Positions 1-13,300 of a stretch of DNA of 64,000 nt are shown piece by piece. The stretch covers positions 424,925-488,924 of the forward strand of contig NMRA01000005.1 in the NCBI GenBank assembly GCA_002633005.1, given 5' to 3'. The position numbers were made by a program, and so were the translations under genes. The stretch comes from Phoronis australis. Its lineage: Eukaryota > Animalia > Phoronida. The notes beneath the pieces were generated by a model. It was given only the letters and a program-made list of their open reading frames with translations. It was not told the DNA's origin and did no database searches. How positions within the stretch are numbered: the first letter of the stretch is position 1; each line of letters begins with the position of its first letter.

Positions 1-239
1 TGACAGACAACTGGGGCATGTTATACAATGCTAGTCACTTTTAACACACTTTTTGTAAGAAATCTTAGTCGTCAGATGTAAATGAAACAATGAGGTCATG
101 AAGCATTTATCAAATAATTTGAAATTTCAGCGTCATTTTAATTGGTGACCATTCCGCTCATTACCCGCAACATTATAAGTATTCCTCTTTTCACGCTACC
201 AGTAATTCCACCATGGTGATGTTATGTTGCAAATCACAA

Positions 240-586
240 GGACTTACTCTATATTAATGATGACGTAGCGTCTCCATCTCAGAGACTTCTACAGATCGAC
301 TGAAGCCAAAGTGCTAGCGTGTCGGCATTGGCGGGGATTATTGTCACGTGGATTGTGACTCAATTTCTTTGGTTGGCAATGCTACTCCACACAGCTGATA
401 CATTATGTCTTACTCCTACATGTCTGTCGAGGCTGGGGAACTCAATTCTCTAGTGTATTACATAACCAATCAACCCGCGTGACAACAATACCCGCCAAGG
501 CTGACACACCAGCACTTCGGCTTCAGCCAATCAGTAGAAGTCTCCAAGATGGAGACGATACATTATCACTGGCATACAGTAAGTCC
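240..586. mobile_element. Old foldback MITE with ~115-bp diverged inverted arms
   Basis: 240-356 is an imperfect reverse complement of ~471-586; termini GGACTTAC...GTAAGTCC. Confidence 0.75.
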
Positions 587-1076
587 AAAAATTGATTTAT
601 TTTGATTTACACTATGCCACAACTGGATGAGTAACGTACATTCAACTCATCTGTGATGTATTCTCATACCCCCAAGTCAGGTGACTTGCACCATTTTGCA
701 TTACTATGGAGCTGTTATACTTGATAGATTCTTTCAGTTATATTCCAATATGCCATTACCTTACATGATCATCTCACAGTATTTTTATTTGATTTATATT
801 TACATAATATTTATTTCTGTCAATACCGCCCGACAAATGACATTTGCCACTGAAGCCTACCCATGACTGGTTTTCAACTTCTGATCACAGCATATACATT
901 AGGAGAACAACACAAACAATTATGCTGGAAATTCTTTATCAAGAAATGAGGATCAGGTTTTTATGGAAAGCTAGCGTCTGTCTTTCAAAAGCGAGCACAT
1001 CCCTTTGCTTAAATAAACTGTGACACGAACAAAGTCAAAATAGAAATGGTGCAGCTATAGCTACAAAAGCACAAAC

Positions 1077-1148
1077 CTCATCAACAAAGTTGGCAAACTG
1101 CTTCAGAGTTGACGTTAGAATACTATCTTCTGTCTCAAATGGAAGTTT
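1077..1148 (-). CDS. APPL: APPL-like exon 4 (KLPFETEDSILTSTLKQFANFVDE); gene probably continues left of the window
   Basis: tttcag|AAA...GAG|GTTTGT, 72 nt. Aligns with recalled RFPLGGDDEVMSSTLQQFSKVIDE. No exon 5 was found in 1-1076. Confidence 0.9.
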
Positions 1149-1287
1149 CTGAAACCAAATTAAAAAGCATTAGGTCACCAATAACTCATAAGACGTCAAA
1201 TGGCGTCAAAATCTTTACCTAGAGATGACGAGCTAGTAGATCAATATTAGAACATTCAACTATTGCTTATTGATACTTCATCATCCG

Positions 1288-1756
1288 TTATACCATGTGG
1301 TGCTTGTTGAATGAAAAACAGTTATACCACATGGTGCTTGAATGAGATACAGTTATGCCATATGGTGCTTAAATGAGAAACAGTTATACCACATGGTGCT
1401 TGAATGAGATACAGTTATGCCATACGGTGCTTGAATGAGAAACAGTTATACCACATGGTGCTTGAATACAAAACAATAATACTGCACAGTGTTTGAATGA
1501 GAAATGGTTACACCGCATGGTGCTTGAATAAGAAACACTTATACCGCACGGTGCTTGAATGAGAAAAAAATTATCACATGGTGCTTGAATGAGAACAAAT
1601 TATACATGGTGCTTGAATGAGAGACAATTATAGCACACTGTGCTTGAATGAGAAACAATTATACCACACGGTGCTTGAAATCAATGAGAAACAATTATAC
1701 CACACGGTGCTTGAAATCAATGAGAAACAATTACCACATGGTGATTTAATGAGAAA
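1288..1756. repeat. Minisatellite, ~29-bp unit GAATGAGAAACAGTTATACCACATGGTGCTT, about 15 copies
   Basis: Visible tandem units with no spacers. Confidence 0.9.
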
Positions 1757-2849
1757 TGCTGAGATACGAAGAGTTCTGTTAGAGTGCATTGATTGGATCC
1801 TTTAATCACATGCACAATCACAGCTATTAATTAAATCATTATGGACAACATTTTGTGAAATGTTTTCCACAAAATTTTTTCAAAGTTAACTCTTGACAAT
1901 CTTCAACAGAACTCGACAATCAAACTTTAACACACTTCATGCTATAAAATATTTTTTGTTGCAATAGAACAGCACTGTTGTAATTTTTTTCCAGAGACAA
2001 GTAGACAGAAGCCTAGATGCAAAAGAAGTCCTTTTATAAGTCATAATTTAATCCAAAAGAATGTTACTGTCACAGCGTCTAATGGCTAATTCTCGCAAAT
2101 TGGATGTTATGCTAGTGGCTACTAGTACAGACTGTTTTTAAATGTCTTGCTTTACCATGATGAGATATTATCATATACTAGTACCTAGTTCACAATTGGT
2201 AGAACAATTTACCAATTGTAGCTTATTTTACAAGATGATAGTTAACCTGTACGAAGTTTTGTGTGATCCATCTTTCAGTAACACTGGCAGTGGTAGTAGC
2301 TGAGAGAACACACAACACAAATCTGTAACTGGCCACATAGATTAACACAGTTTTACTTGAACAGTCACCTGATCAGTGGCAAGTGTGCTTTTGATATAAT
2401 ATCCAGTGTTGCCATGGTTATATTTTTCAAGGAATATTTTAACACGATATGTTAACAGTGATGTAGAAAACATCAGTCAATTTTTTTCTGCCTGTAGCTA
2501 TCGTGTACTAACAAAAAACATTGTCTTTCATTTTTGACCACTTGACAGGTATTATAAGAGGTAAATACAAAGGTGCAATTCTCAGTGAAGGGTAATATCA
2601 CCTGGAGCAAACTCATTCCGCTATTTTGGCAATGGTGGAAATCTATATGCAGCACTCCAGATAAAATTTATACCAGGCGAAAAAAGGGTTTCCTTAAAGG
2701 ACTTAATCAGAATATAAACAGCCACACTTTCCATCATCAAAACTCGACATCTGGTTTAAGAAAACATTAATCTAACGTGAAAAAAATTTAGCATTGGTTG
2801 TATTTTTCAAAATAAAATGGTAATCTATTAACAGCATTGTTCAGCCTAC

Positions 2850-2909
2850 CTGAGCTTCATATGCAAGCAGGTGTTCGGATAAAGATTCGTATGCAGAACA
2901 TAGTTCATT
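2850..2909 (-). CDS. APPL: APPL-like exon 3 (NELCSAYESLSEHLLAYEAQ)
   Basis: tttcag|AAT...CAG|GTAGGC, 60 nt. Aligns with recalled NELSAATHLTSKLLKEYEKQ. Confidence 0.9.
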
Positions 2910-3095
2910 CTGAAACAATCACATCAATTTTACAGGTGAGTTATTGGAAGTAAGTTGAAGTAGATCGCCGATTCTTAAAACATGGCAAGCTGGCATCCAG
3001 ATCATGAAATACATAATCATGTGTATTGGAAGTTCTCAAAATTTTGAAATATAACATGTTATGTTCCACATCTGCATCTATGCACATAGATTACA

Positions 3096-3215
3096 GTAGC
3101 CTTCTAGTAGTCTTAATCTTCCAGTAGTCTTATGGCCTTAGTCTTATAGCCTTAGTCTTACTTAGTCTTATAGTAGTCTTATAATAGTCTTACAAGAGTC
3201 TTGCAAGAGTCTTAG
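3096..3215. repeat. Short degenerate (TAGTCTTA)-like tandem repeat
   Basis: Repeated AGTCTT/AGCCTT motif. Confidence 0.7.
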
Positions 3216-3551
3216 ACACTAAATACTACCTAATGGAAGCTATAGCATACAACTACGAAGTGTTGGCACAACGCATCTTTTATGAAAAAATATTGTGTCC
3301 TAAATTGGATCTGGGCTCCGTTTCCTGACACTACATAGTCTTAAGTTAGACTGAAATAACAATGCTATCATTCCACCACATCACATTGCACTTGTTGAAC
3401 AATGCTGTTGACATCATGTCAACAACCGAATCTGAGACTGAAACTTTCACGAAACGAAGATTTTTCTGACATACTGCATTCACTCCCATGAAATTAAACT
3501 TGTCATTATGCTTGCCCTAAAAGCTGGCAATAGCGGGCTGTAGAAACAAAC

Positions 3552-3650
3552 CTGCACTCGGAGAATCTTGTGACATCTTTCATGTAACCCTTTGGAATAG
3601 CTCTTGAGTCCAAAAGCATCTCTCTCGAAAACACGCAAAAAGTTCCTGGT
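3552..3650 (-). CDS. APPL: APPL-like exon 2 (TRNFLRVFERDAFGLKSYSKGLHERCHKILRVQ), BAR domain
   Basis: tttcag|...CAG|GTTTGT, 99 nt, phase 0. Aligns with recalled TRSLLGVFEEDATAISNYMNQLYQAMHRIYDAQ. Confidence 0.9.
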
Positions 3651-6572
3651 CTGAAAAGAAAAGAAAAACAAGACTCGACATGCTGCTGCTGTAGTGCAAA
3701 AGCAATGCCACAGAAAACATGAAACATGCATTCAATTATATCTGCAGGGAAGTGAAATAATTTCATTAATTTTTCTTCGAATAAAAGTCACAAAATGATG
3801 TTTCTAATTCCAAATCCAATTACATGTCAATGCAACGGTTGATTTTCCTGTCAGTGAACATGTTGAGCAGTAATTAAAATTACTGAATAGTGTTTTAACA
3901 CAGACATCATTATAATGTATCTACTGTTCACCTGAGATTTCTAAGCCAGAGGGACATTTAGAAACTGAAAATAAACCATAATCCAGCCCCCCCCCCAGAA
4001 TGCTGTCATTTGACACTGGATATCCAATTGTACCAAAGATCTAAATTATTAAACTTTACTGCAGCTTGAATCAAGTCTCTTTTAAATCATCTATTAATGT
4101 GTTGACCTGGATTACTAGACTGAATATCAATATCCATGACAACTTATATATGATAGCACCAGTCTGTTATTAACCTTTTGTAACACTGTCAATATGATGA
4201 CCTTGTAATTGTATAACACAATGGTATTGATAGATAAATGTAATCACATCACATGAGTCTGACCAATACAGGCAGCACCTGATATATCAAAACAACATCA
4301 GAATGCAAACTAATCCCCCCCAAAAAGGCAACTTACCATTAAAACCAAGCTCATACAATTTCAGATCAAACTGTGAACTAAAATTTCTTGAGGTTGGACC
4401 GTTGGAATCTTTTTCTTTCTGAGCCAAGAAATTACTTTTAAATTGAGTACTATAAGGAACAAGATACATAAGACTAATTTTATAATGGTGAGAGGGCTCA
4501 ATCAAACCTTTTTGGAAGAAAGCACGCTTTAACAGTATACATTGAAACTTAATGACTTATTTAATAATATTTTATTTTTCATTGATGAATAAAGTCTTTT
4601 TTAACTAACTTTTAAATGAAGTATGCGAGTAATCATGTCTCAGGTGAGCCCACTCATTTAAACCAGACACACACATATCTGATGGAAAGAATACAGACCT
4701 ATATGCGTTCACATGGCAAATTACATCAGATGCTTGTCATCCCAGATCAACTGGGTGTCCACATGAGCTATCTACATCTGGTTACATGGGCAAAATGCAG
4801 TGCCCATGATTGTGTACTTCTTCAATCAGATGTGACACTATACTAAGACTCAGTTGACTGGCCACTAGTGGCACAGAACGAATGAGGCTTCAAGGAAGGG
4901 AAGGCTGTCCCATTGTCTCCAAAGAGTATTTGTAATAAATTGTCACTTGTCTGACCATTCCCTACCGAAGCTGCATTCCCTAATATTGTAGTTTGTTCTA
5001 GCAATGGAAAGCTAATATTGTCATGGGTTCCCTGTACAAATGCATGCAGCCAATGTGAATGATTGAACGAACTCACAAAGCTGGCACAGTAACAACACAC
5101 AGCCTGCGAAGTGTGCCTGGCCACAAACAGTATGAAGTAAAAGCTACATGCAATAAGTAATAAACAAATGAGTCATGTAGGCTATGAGAAACTGAGTGCA
5201 AGGTCTAGGTCACCACTGGTTACCTTTCCCTGACACAGTGCAAAAACACATGGACTATGGCCGTCTAGCAGCTCTTATCATTTGACCTTTGACCCTGTGG
5301 AGGTTATTACAGCCATGTGACTAATGGTTCATCCTCCAAACACCAATTTAATAACCTGAATCTACATGCTGAATAAATTTGATCAATAAGCTACCAGTTG
5401 CTACTTGGTATTGGTTAAAACTGACAAGTTTAATAGTCCATGCTGATGCTGATGTAAACTGTTAGTACCGTATTTAGCTCTAAACATAACAGCCAGTCAC
5501 AATTTCTCAATCATGAACGATGAAAACCAAGTGGAAACTGACTTCAGAGCTAAAAAATCTCAGCAAGAACACCATGGATCGCGCCGCACAATTGACCAAA
5601 GTTGCCCAATATTTACACCCGCCCCCAGCCCTGTTTGCGAAACAAAAAATTGCAACTCAGATGATCTGAGAAACACTTTGGTGGGCGGGACAGGCTAGGG
5701 CCTCAGTGAGGTGATGAATTGTGGGTTCAAGCATTCAAAAGAAGTTAAAAGAAAATAATGACTATGATTTTATGTTTTAGGTTTAAAGGTGTTGAAAAAT
5801 CATGAACTCAGTGAAAGTTGTATACTGTAAAAGCTGCTGAAGGACAGTGCAGTCAGTGGTTTCAACAACTTAAATCTATGTAGTTCACTGGGTCACCTGA
5901 TGTGGCCAACAGATGGCGTGCTGACAAGACTTTTATGTTTGCGAGTTAAATCTGGTCTTCCCTTTCCTCTTGCACAATTTGCCTAAAGATAAAACTACAG
6001 AATTTCTTGCCACAACGATTAACATTCATGTGCTTGCTTGCTTACAACAATTAGCGTTACTTCTTTCCTCAGGACATGACCTCTTTTAATGAGTTGACTT
6101 AGGTAATTTGCATATTTATGACAAAAAACCATGAGGTCAGAAGTAGCCATTGTTCTGTTTGTGCATTTCTAATGAATCCTAATAACCACAGGTAGTGATT
6201 TCCTCATGCATTGGTATCATTGTATTTTGTCGCACAGTGAAATAGTTGAACTCTACCAGTGGTTACATGTGAGACACTCCGAATGGTCAAAATGTGTTCG
6301 TGGTCACTCGGGATACAGTGCTCTATTTAGACAACAACTCTTACTTGACATACTTTATAAGCTAATTTATTTTCAATTCATATTTTAATTACTGTTGATG
6401 GTTCTAAAGTGGCATTCAAAACAGCATGAAAGTAGAACAAATCCAGTTACGCGGCCAATGTTATATGCCTTCAATGACTCTACTTATAAACATTTGTTAG
6501 TCAGGGTGAAATGTGAAATAATAATTTATATAGGAGAATGTTATGCACTGAGTATATTTCAAAAACATACAT

Positions 6573-7008
6573 ACAGTCTAGGGGATGTTTTTGCTGTGTA
6601 AGCAGAACGTGAATGGAAGACACACAGTAGAAACTGCACTGTGTTTACCAGATTTTCATGCCAAAACATATGTCCAAAAATGCCTTAGTTACATAGGTGT
6701 TAGGCTGTGGAATTTACTCCCTAATAATGTATGCATCGTAAATGATCTAAATGACTTGGTACGACACACTAACATTTTTTTGATAACTCACAGTCTAGGG
6801 AATGTTTTTGCTGTGTAAGCAGAACGTGAATGGAAGACACACAGTAGAAACTGCACTGTGTTTACCAGATTTTCATGCCAAAACATATTTCCAAAAATGC
6901 CTTAGTTACATAGGTGTTAGGCTGTGGAATTTACTCCCTAATAATGTATGCCTCGTAAATGATCTAAATGACTTGGTACGACACACAAACATTTTTTTGA
7001 TAACTCAC
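6573..7008 (+). repeat. Near-identical 217-bp tandem duplication of a LINE (CR1/L2-like) ORF2 3' remnant
   Basis: Two copies encoding QKCLSYIGVRLWNLLP, resembling the G-x-x-L-W-N-x-L-P motif at CR1/L2-group ORF2 C-termini. Confidence 0.7.
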
Positions 7009-8236
7009 TTGCGAGAAATATAAGACTGTATCATTTTAGACCAGAAGATAGTTATCCAATTGTTTTTTTCATGAATGTACATCTTTAAAGTTTTCTTAAA
7101 TCTGCTGTATAATTCTTCCTCAATTTCTGTCAGGGACTGGAAGCACATATGCTAATGTCTTATCTGTTCGTGAACCATACCAGCATAAATTTTTTACTGA
7201 CTACTTACGTACTCTGGTTAGCTACACCAGATGGTCTGAAGTTTGAGCTGGGTCATTTGACCAAGTTATGTCACAGCCCAATCAATGAGAGGAAAAAAAT
7301 CAAAAAACAAAAAGGGGACTGATCAAATATAGTGGTCCATGATTTTGAAAACCATATGTTTAATCACTGAAAACCAAGCATGTTATTCAGTGGATGAAAC
7401 TGCTTACGCAAATCAGAGACCGCTACATTCAACAAGTGCCTGAAGAGTGAAGTTTATGCACAAAAAAATTGCTTCATTAAACGTATGTTCAGAATCAAGA
7501 GGAGTTACTAAAGAACGTAAGTGCTTTATAGAGCTCTATCATTTTGCAGTATATCATATTTTTGACAGGGCCAAACTTCTTAATTTGAAGCAGTGAAGCA
7601 GTACTACTGATTCATCCTGCAAAATACACATTGCCTAAATAAATGCATAAGCAGCATAATAGGGGGACACCTATGAGACAAACTATAGGGGCTGCCCAAG
7701 CAACTACTAAAGTTATTGTTCAGCTACCTGCATTGGAATGATAGACTTCACAAGTTTACTGTTGTTTGCACTCCATTACAAGTCTACTACTAACTACTAG
7801 TATGCAAAGCTGTGAGACAAATCGAGTATTTATGCAGCCTTTGCAATACAAGTAGCATATGGAAAATCTTCCCACACACTGCCAAATTCACTGCTTGAGG
7901 TTTTGGTTTTGATTAAACATTTTTTATTTCTTAATTGTCGGGGTTTATCTATTCTAGTTCTAGGTCAATAAACTAGGTCAAGCAAAACCTGCAACAAGCC
8001 CAAGAATAATTCAGGAATCAACCAGACGAGTTTTCAAAGTTGGTGCTAGGATTAACAAAGAACAAAATTTGATGACCATGAGATAAGCTTTAACTACAAA
8101 ATTCTTCCAATATCAAGTGAATTATCTATGAAGTATGAAGCTGTTATTTATTTACGTGCATCCGGAACTGGCATCGATCGTAGAAAAAAGTTAATGAGCC
8201 AATTTTAAGCTGCCTCTTACGTGAAAAAAACATTAC

Positions 8237-8290
8237 CTGGGGACTGTTTTCGAGAGCATCTTGAAGGTGAAGCTTTTCTACGCCAGACAT
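8237..8290 (-). CDS. APPL: APPL1/2-like adaptor, coding exon 1 (MSGVEKLHLQDALENSPQ)
   Basis: Minus-strand ATG at 8290, 54 nt, donor CAG|GTAATG. Resembles the recalled human APPL1 N-terminus MPGIDKLPIEETLEDSPQ. Not in the ORF track. Confidence 0.9.
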
Positions 8291-8566
8291 GATACTCGCT
8301 TACGAAATTTTCCACCTTACAGGGCTAAAATTTGTTTACATTTCCCCCAGGTTCTTCCCACTTGCAGATGTTGTTCCCAGTACTTCCGGTGGAAGCAATT
8401 CGATTATAAATAAGTTAGCAGTAAAAGGTTACTGCATCACAAAAAATATTTCTAAAATTATCAAATAAAATTACGGAAAATTTCGTTCATTTGGAAAATT
8501 ATTGTTTTCAACTTTAGCTGTCGATGACAATATTTTTTGTTTCCGCCGCCTGACGTCACAAGCAAA
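8291..8566. promoter_or_regulatory. Compact bidirectional promoter/5'UTR region between APPL and PSMD6
   Basis: Divergent ATGs at 8290 and 8567. ETS-type ACTTCCGG at 8382-8389; perfect CRE palindrome TGACGTCA at 8551-8558. Confidence 0.65.
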
Positions 8567-8711
8567 ATGCCGGTGGAAAATTTGGAAGAAGAAGGGTTAG
8601 CTAAGAACCCCAACTTGGAACTTGCCCAGTGGCGCTTTATGCTGGGAACACATGAAAATAAGAACAATGGGAAAATAAAGAGTGAATTGATGGAAGCAAT
8701 CAAGACTGACC
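8567..8711 (+). CDS. PSMD6: 26S proteasome lid subunit PSMD6/Rpn7, exon 1 (copy A)
   Basis: [24 protein letters not shown]... resembles recalled human [24 protein letters not shown]. 145 nt, donor C|GTGAGT. Confidence 0.9.
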
Positions 8712-8943
8712 GTGAGTTCTTGTGGTCAATTATGATCCTTGTCTTTGTACTTGTTACTTGTGTTAGGGTGAGCAAACCAATATGGCGGAAATTCAGCAAG
8801 AGCGAAATTTTGCCATTTTTCATGATTTTCACAAGCTCATATCTATTAGCATACTAAGTGGTGGAAAATGAAAAGTATGCCAGTAAAATATTTAATTTTT
8901 CTTCTTTCTAATNTTGTTTCCGCCGCCTGACGTCACAAGCAAA

Positions 8944-9088
8944 ATGCCGGTGGAAAATTTGGAAGAAGAAGGGTTAGCTAAGAACCCCAACTTGGAACTT
9001 GCCCAGTGGCGCTTTATGCTGGGAACACATGAAAATAAGAACAATGGGAAAATAAAGAGTGAATTGATGGAAGCAATCAAGACTGACC
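8944..9088 (+). CDS. PSMD6: PSMD6 exon 1 (copy B, identical; one copy is likely an assembly/haplotype duplicate)
   Basis: 8914-9140 is identical to 8537-8763 and starts immediately after a single N at 8913. Confidence 0.75.
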
Positions 9089-11746
9089 GTGAGTTCTTGT
9101 GGTCAATTATGATCCTTGTCTTTGTACTTGTTACTTGTGTCCAAATTTGTCGAATCATTATCTCACTCTAACTCTCGTCTCACTCTTTGTCTTTCGTTTT
9201 GACGGTCGTGATGTAGTTGGGGTTGGGTTGGTTGCCCTCTAGTGTAATCTCATAACTGATAAGTATCACCGTGAGCTGGCAATAACTTGTGAGTGTGAGA
9301 GACAATATTGTTTTGAGTTAAACAATGTGTGACGATTGTGACGGGTCGTTAGTAACGCTTATAGTAATGTCTTTGTTGCGTCTCAGTGCGCTTTTGTCAC
9401 GTGGACCGGCATGCGGGCGCGACTGTGTATGTGTCGGGCACTTCGCTAGCGACAGGCTTAGGATAGCGAGGACAGCATTTTTCAAAAATTTTTGAAAATG
9501 TGCATGTAATCTACATCACGAGAAAGCTCTCTACGAGACTAAAAGAACGGTGCAAAAAATTTTTAAATCGGACTTACGGTCCCGGAGAAAATGGTGTTTT
9601 TGTGTCTATTTTTTTGGTAAAAATTCTGTCAAATCAAATTTGTGAGTTTGAAATATTATGGTTACAAATCTACGTAACCTAGACAGACATGTTATACATC
9701 ATTTAATAATTTGCAAAAAAGAACATTCCGATTGGACATTCCTGTGCGAAGATATTGACCTTAGAGTCAACAAAGCCGACGAAGGAAAGTCAGTACGTAC
9801 AATTTTGTCGTTTCAAATTGGCATAGAATAACAATTACTCAAGAAAAAAATAAGCTAGTATCATTTCAAGATTTTTCATCAGGGAAGTTGTAATCTGATA
9901 ATTGGTTGGGCAAATTACTGATATTATTTTGTGACTTTTTTGTTGACATGCAGTTTGTGACTGACTTAACTTTGTCAAAATGCATTACTTTAAAAAAATT
10001 AAAGATAAACAACATCATTTCAAGTATGTATTGATGAAAAGTATGATAAACAAAAATTTTTAATACAAGCTTCATACAGTAGATAGAAATTAAACATACT
10101 TTCCACAACAATGTAACAAAATGTAGACCTCGTCTTGAGCCATGCAGGAAAGTTCATGCTATGCAAACGACAACTGCAATATTTATTTCCAAAGTTGTCT
10201 TGATATGAACCCATAAAGGTATGTATGATGGACAGATAAATAAAGTTCTCAGGGCATCCTCAAGGAAGGAAGGTCAAACCCTTTCACTGACTATCGAAAG
10301 TCAGTGGAGTGCCTTACAGACTTATGGCATCCTCAAGGAAGGGGGCTGTTAAGTCAGTGGAATATACACAATATGGAGCACTCCAGCACTTCGAGGTCCT
10401 CTTGACCGCCAAAATCGTCCATCACCCGAAAGGTGCGCACAGCCTCATCTTCATCGTAGTGGGTATTGAGCCAAACTCACTTGTTGACTGCAAGTAGAAT
10501 CGGTAGAAGCAGGAAAGAAGAAGGATCTGGACCAAGAGCTAAAGGCAGAGTGATGAGACAGAAATGCGAGACATGATGATATGTATTATAGTAAACTGAC
10601 AAATAGGAATGAAATTATAAGAAAAAATGATGAAGAAAATAACAACTGGTTTGGTCCACAGCAATTTCCAACAAAGGTTACCTGAAAGATATAAGCCAGG
10701 CTGAGATATATAACAATCTAGACGAACCTCTGAATTGTTTTGTAAAAACTAAATTCATGGTAGAAAAAATATTGATAGCATGTATAGTTTTTCATGGTAG
10801 TAAACATAAAGTTTTGGTTGAAAACACAGCACTGGAGTAGAAATACACAGTTGTAATATTTGTTTACTCTAAAATTAAAATGTTTTCATTTTCTATCTTG
10901 ACATATGCTGGCTAAACTGTCTTGGCCAGTATGGGTGGTCCTGTCTGGCAACAAGTCAGGTCTTAGTGGCCTGACCTACAAAAATGTGAGGCAAAAATAG
11001 GAAAAAAGAACCTTAAATGAGAGAATCATTGTTCTCACAACGACAAATTACTTTTTGGGTCTCTTTTACATTAACTTTTCAACAGGAAAAGTTGAAATGC
11101 TTTAGTTTGGGAACCAAAAATTCGCCGCGGTTCGAAGGAGCACCCCTAGCAGCAGTACCCGGAACTAAGAAGTGAGTCAGAAATACGCCCGATTGTCAGA
11201 AATCGACGAAGGGCCCGTTTGCAACAAGTGTTTGAAATAGTTCAATAATGAACCCTTTAGTGCGCAATAGGATTCATTATGTGCGCAAATTAGGAAATGT
11301 ACCAATTAATTCAGGTCAAAGTTGAAGGTCGCGGGAACTGGCAACTTTTTCAACTTTTAAGTCATCGAAAGTGAAAAATACTTACGTAATAACGTGCGCA
11401 AGGGTTTCTTCTACAAGTTCACGAAGTTTCACGCCAAAATTCGAGAGTTTAGTCTTCTCCTGAGTTGAAAAACAAATACCAGTTGTTTTTACCGGCGGCC
11501 ATTTTGCTTTGAAATGTCGGTCACGTCGCTGCAAAAAACTCGTGCAAAGTGTTATTAAACGTATTTTGCGACGAAAAAAACTAACATTTCAGTAAAATAA
11601 TGTCTTATTTCATACTTTGAAGTAATTTTTATTCACATTTATTGCATTTAGTGCTTTTTTGCCGATTGTAATGTGCAAATTTTACACGGTGACAGATACG
11701 CGAAGCGATTTGGTGACGTATGTTGTCGTCGCTACTTAGGAGAAGG

Positions 11747-11979
11747 TAGGCAATGACCATCGCCTCTGTTGGCCCGAACCAGAGGCTATAGGCGCTCTGT
11801 AAACACGTTGACGACCTGCTAAGGTGTTCCTCTATGCGCAAAAGGTATTTATAACAACGTGACTTTGATGGTTTAGTCGGTGCGATGCATAATTCGCCGA
11901 AAAGCTTCTGGCGTACAGAGCGCCTATAGCCTCTGCATCGCCTCTGGTTAGGGCCAACAGAGGCGATGGTCATTGCCTA
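11747..11979. mobile_element. MITE with ~40-bp TIRs and 9-bp TSD AGGAGAAGG
   Basis: TIR TAGGCAATGACCATCGCCTCTGTTGGCCC at both ends; TSD at 11738-11746 and 11980-11988. Confidence 0.9.
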
Positions 11980-12690
11980 AGGAGAAGGGTGTTTCCTTCT
12001 TTTGCCTTCATGAAAAGTGATCGTTATCATGTGTAACTGAACTGAAATGTATGCCTGATGAGTTGAAATACTCATTTTTGATGTTATCGGTCCCTGATTT
12101 AAAGAACCAGTTTTTATCCACTAAGTAATGGGCCCATTATTCAGTGATTGCCTGGCTCTCTAAATCAGGGAGCGCTAAATCCGACCCGTGTCCATTAAAA
12201 ATACTCTCGTATTGTCTGTGAATTAAGTTGTCTGATTGTGTCCGATTCTTTTGTGTTTATGGAACTACGACTGTCACATATATCTGCTGTGTGTCTGATT
12301 GGATGCTGGTATGAGGTCGTGGACAGTCTGCAATGCTACATTGTCAATGTCGTATGGTAAACATAACAGTTTGAAGTTGGAAGAAAGCAGGCCTTTGCGA
12401 CAAGAATTTCTTGGGAGCCCTCGTACGATGAACGTAGAGGACTTTAAATTTCAATTCCCAAAAGCGACTCAAGAATGACTACTGAAGTCATTTATTAAAT
12501 GTATTCTAACAATAATGACAGAGTACTTCTCTGGGAGCCAGAAAAACTTGATCTGGCACAGAATGTCACCACTTTTAGAGATAAGGGTCAATCGAGATAA
12601 GAGTGAAGCGTGTGAAAAGCACTGAACTAGCCATTGGGCTCCATAGGTGACACTTGCGTTCAGGTTTCACATTAAGGGTGAATGGTGCCC

Positions 12691-12867
12691 AAGCAGATGC
12701 CACTTGTAGTGTAGATCTCAAATGTATGATGATAAGGACCAAGTAGACAAACAGATGCCACTTGTAGTGTAGATCTCAAATGTATGATGATGAGGACCAA
12801 GTAGCCAAGCAGATGCCACTTGTTGTGTAGATCTCAAATGTATGATGATGAGGACCAAGTAGCCAAA
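12691..12867. repeat. ~57-60-bp tandem repeat, 3 copies, upstream of PSMD6 exon 2
   Basis: CAGATGCCACTTGTAGTGTAGATCTCAAATGTATGATGAT...GGACCAAGTAG occurs three times. Confidence 0.9.
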
Positions 12868-12933
12868 CGTAACTGCAAACCAGCAAATATTAAAAAACAA
12901 ATCATAAACATTAAAACAAACATTTTTATTCAG

Positions 12934-13139
12934 AAATGGCACCATTCTATGAAGAGGTGTGTTGCGAGCTGAAGTGGCCTGTTGACCAAACACTATTAGA
13001 CAGGATGAAGGCTGAGAATAGTGCAGAGTTGAAGAAACTGGACGAAGCTATCGAGGATGCTGAGAAGAATCAGGGCGAGATGGAAGTGAGAGATGCCATG
13101 CTGAAGAAGGCAGAATACTTGAGTAAAATTGGTGACAAG
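12934..13139 (+). CDS. PSMD6: PSMD6 exon 2
   Basis: ttcag|AA ATG GCA...AAG|GTAACT, 206 nt. MAPFYEEVC...[28 protein letters not shown]. Confidence 0.95.
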
Positions 13140-13154
13140 GTAACTTGTGAGGAG

Positions 13155-13300
13155 CAATATGTGTGCTGCATCAGACACAGTGTCTGGTCATCAAGCTGTA
13201 TATGTGGAGTGCATTATGTGTGCTGCATCAGACACAGTGTCTGGTCATCAAGCTGTATATGTGGGGACCATTATGTGAGTTGCTTTACACATAGTGTCTG
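13155..13300. repeat. ~56-bp tandem repeat, 2-3 copies, downstream of PSMD6 exon 2
   Basis: TATGTGTGCTGCATCAGACACAGTGTCTGGTCATCAAGCTGTATATGTGG twice plus a partial copy. Confidence 0.85.

Noticed and set aside
1288-1756. CRISPR-like array (29-bp repeats)
   Set aside because: Units are head-to-tail with no unique spacers, there are no cas genes, and the context is a eukaryotic intron.
8291-8566. Proteasome-type ARE (TGA[C/G]NNNGC) in the PSMD6 promoter
   Set aside because: No clean match was found by eye; only the ETS-type and CRE motifs are supportable.
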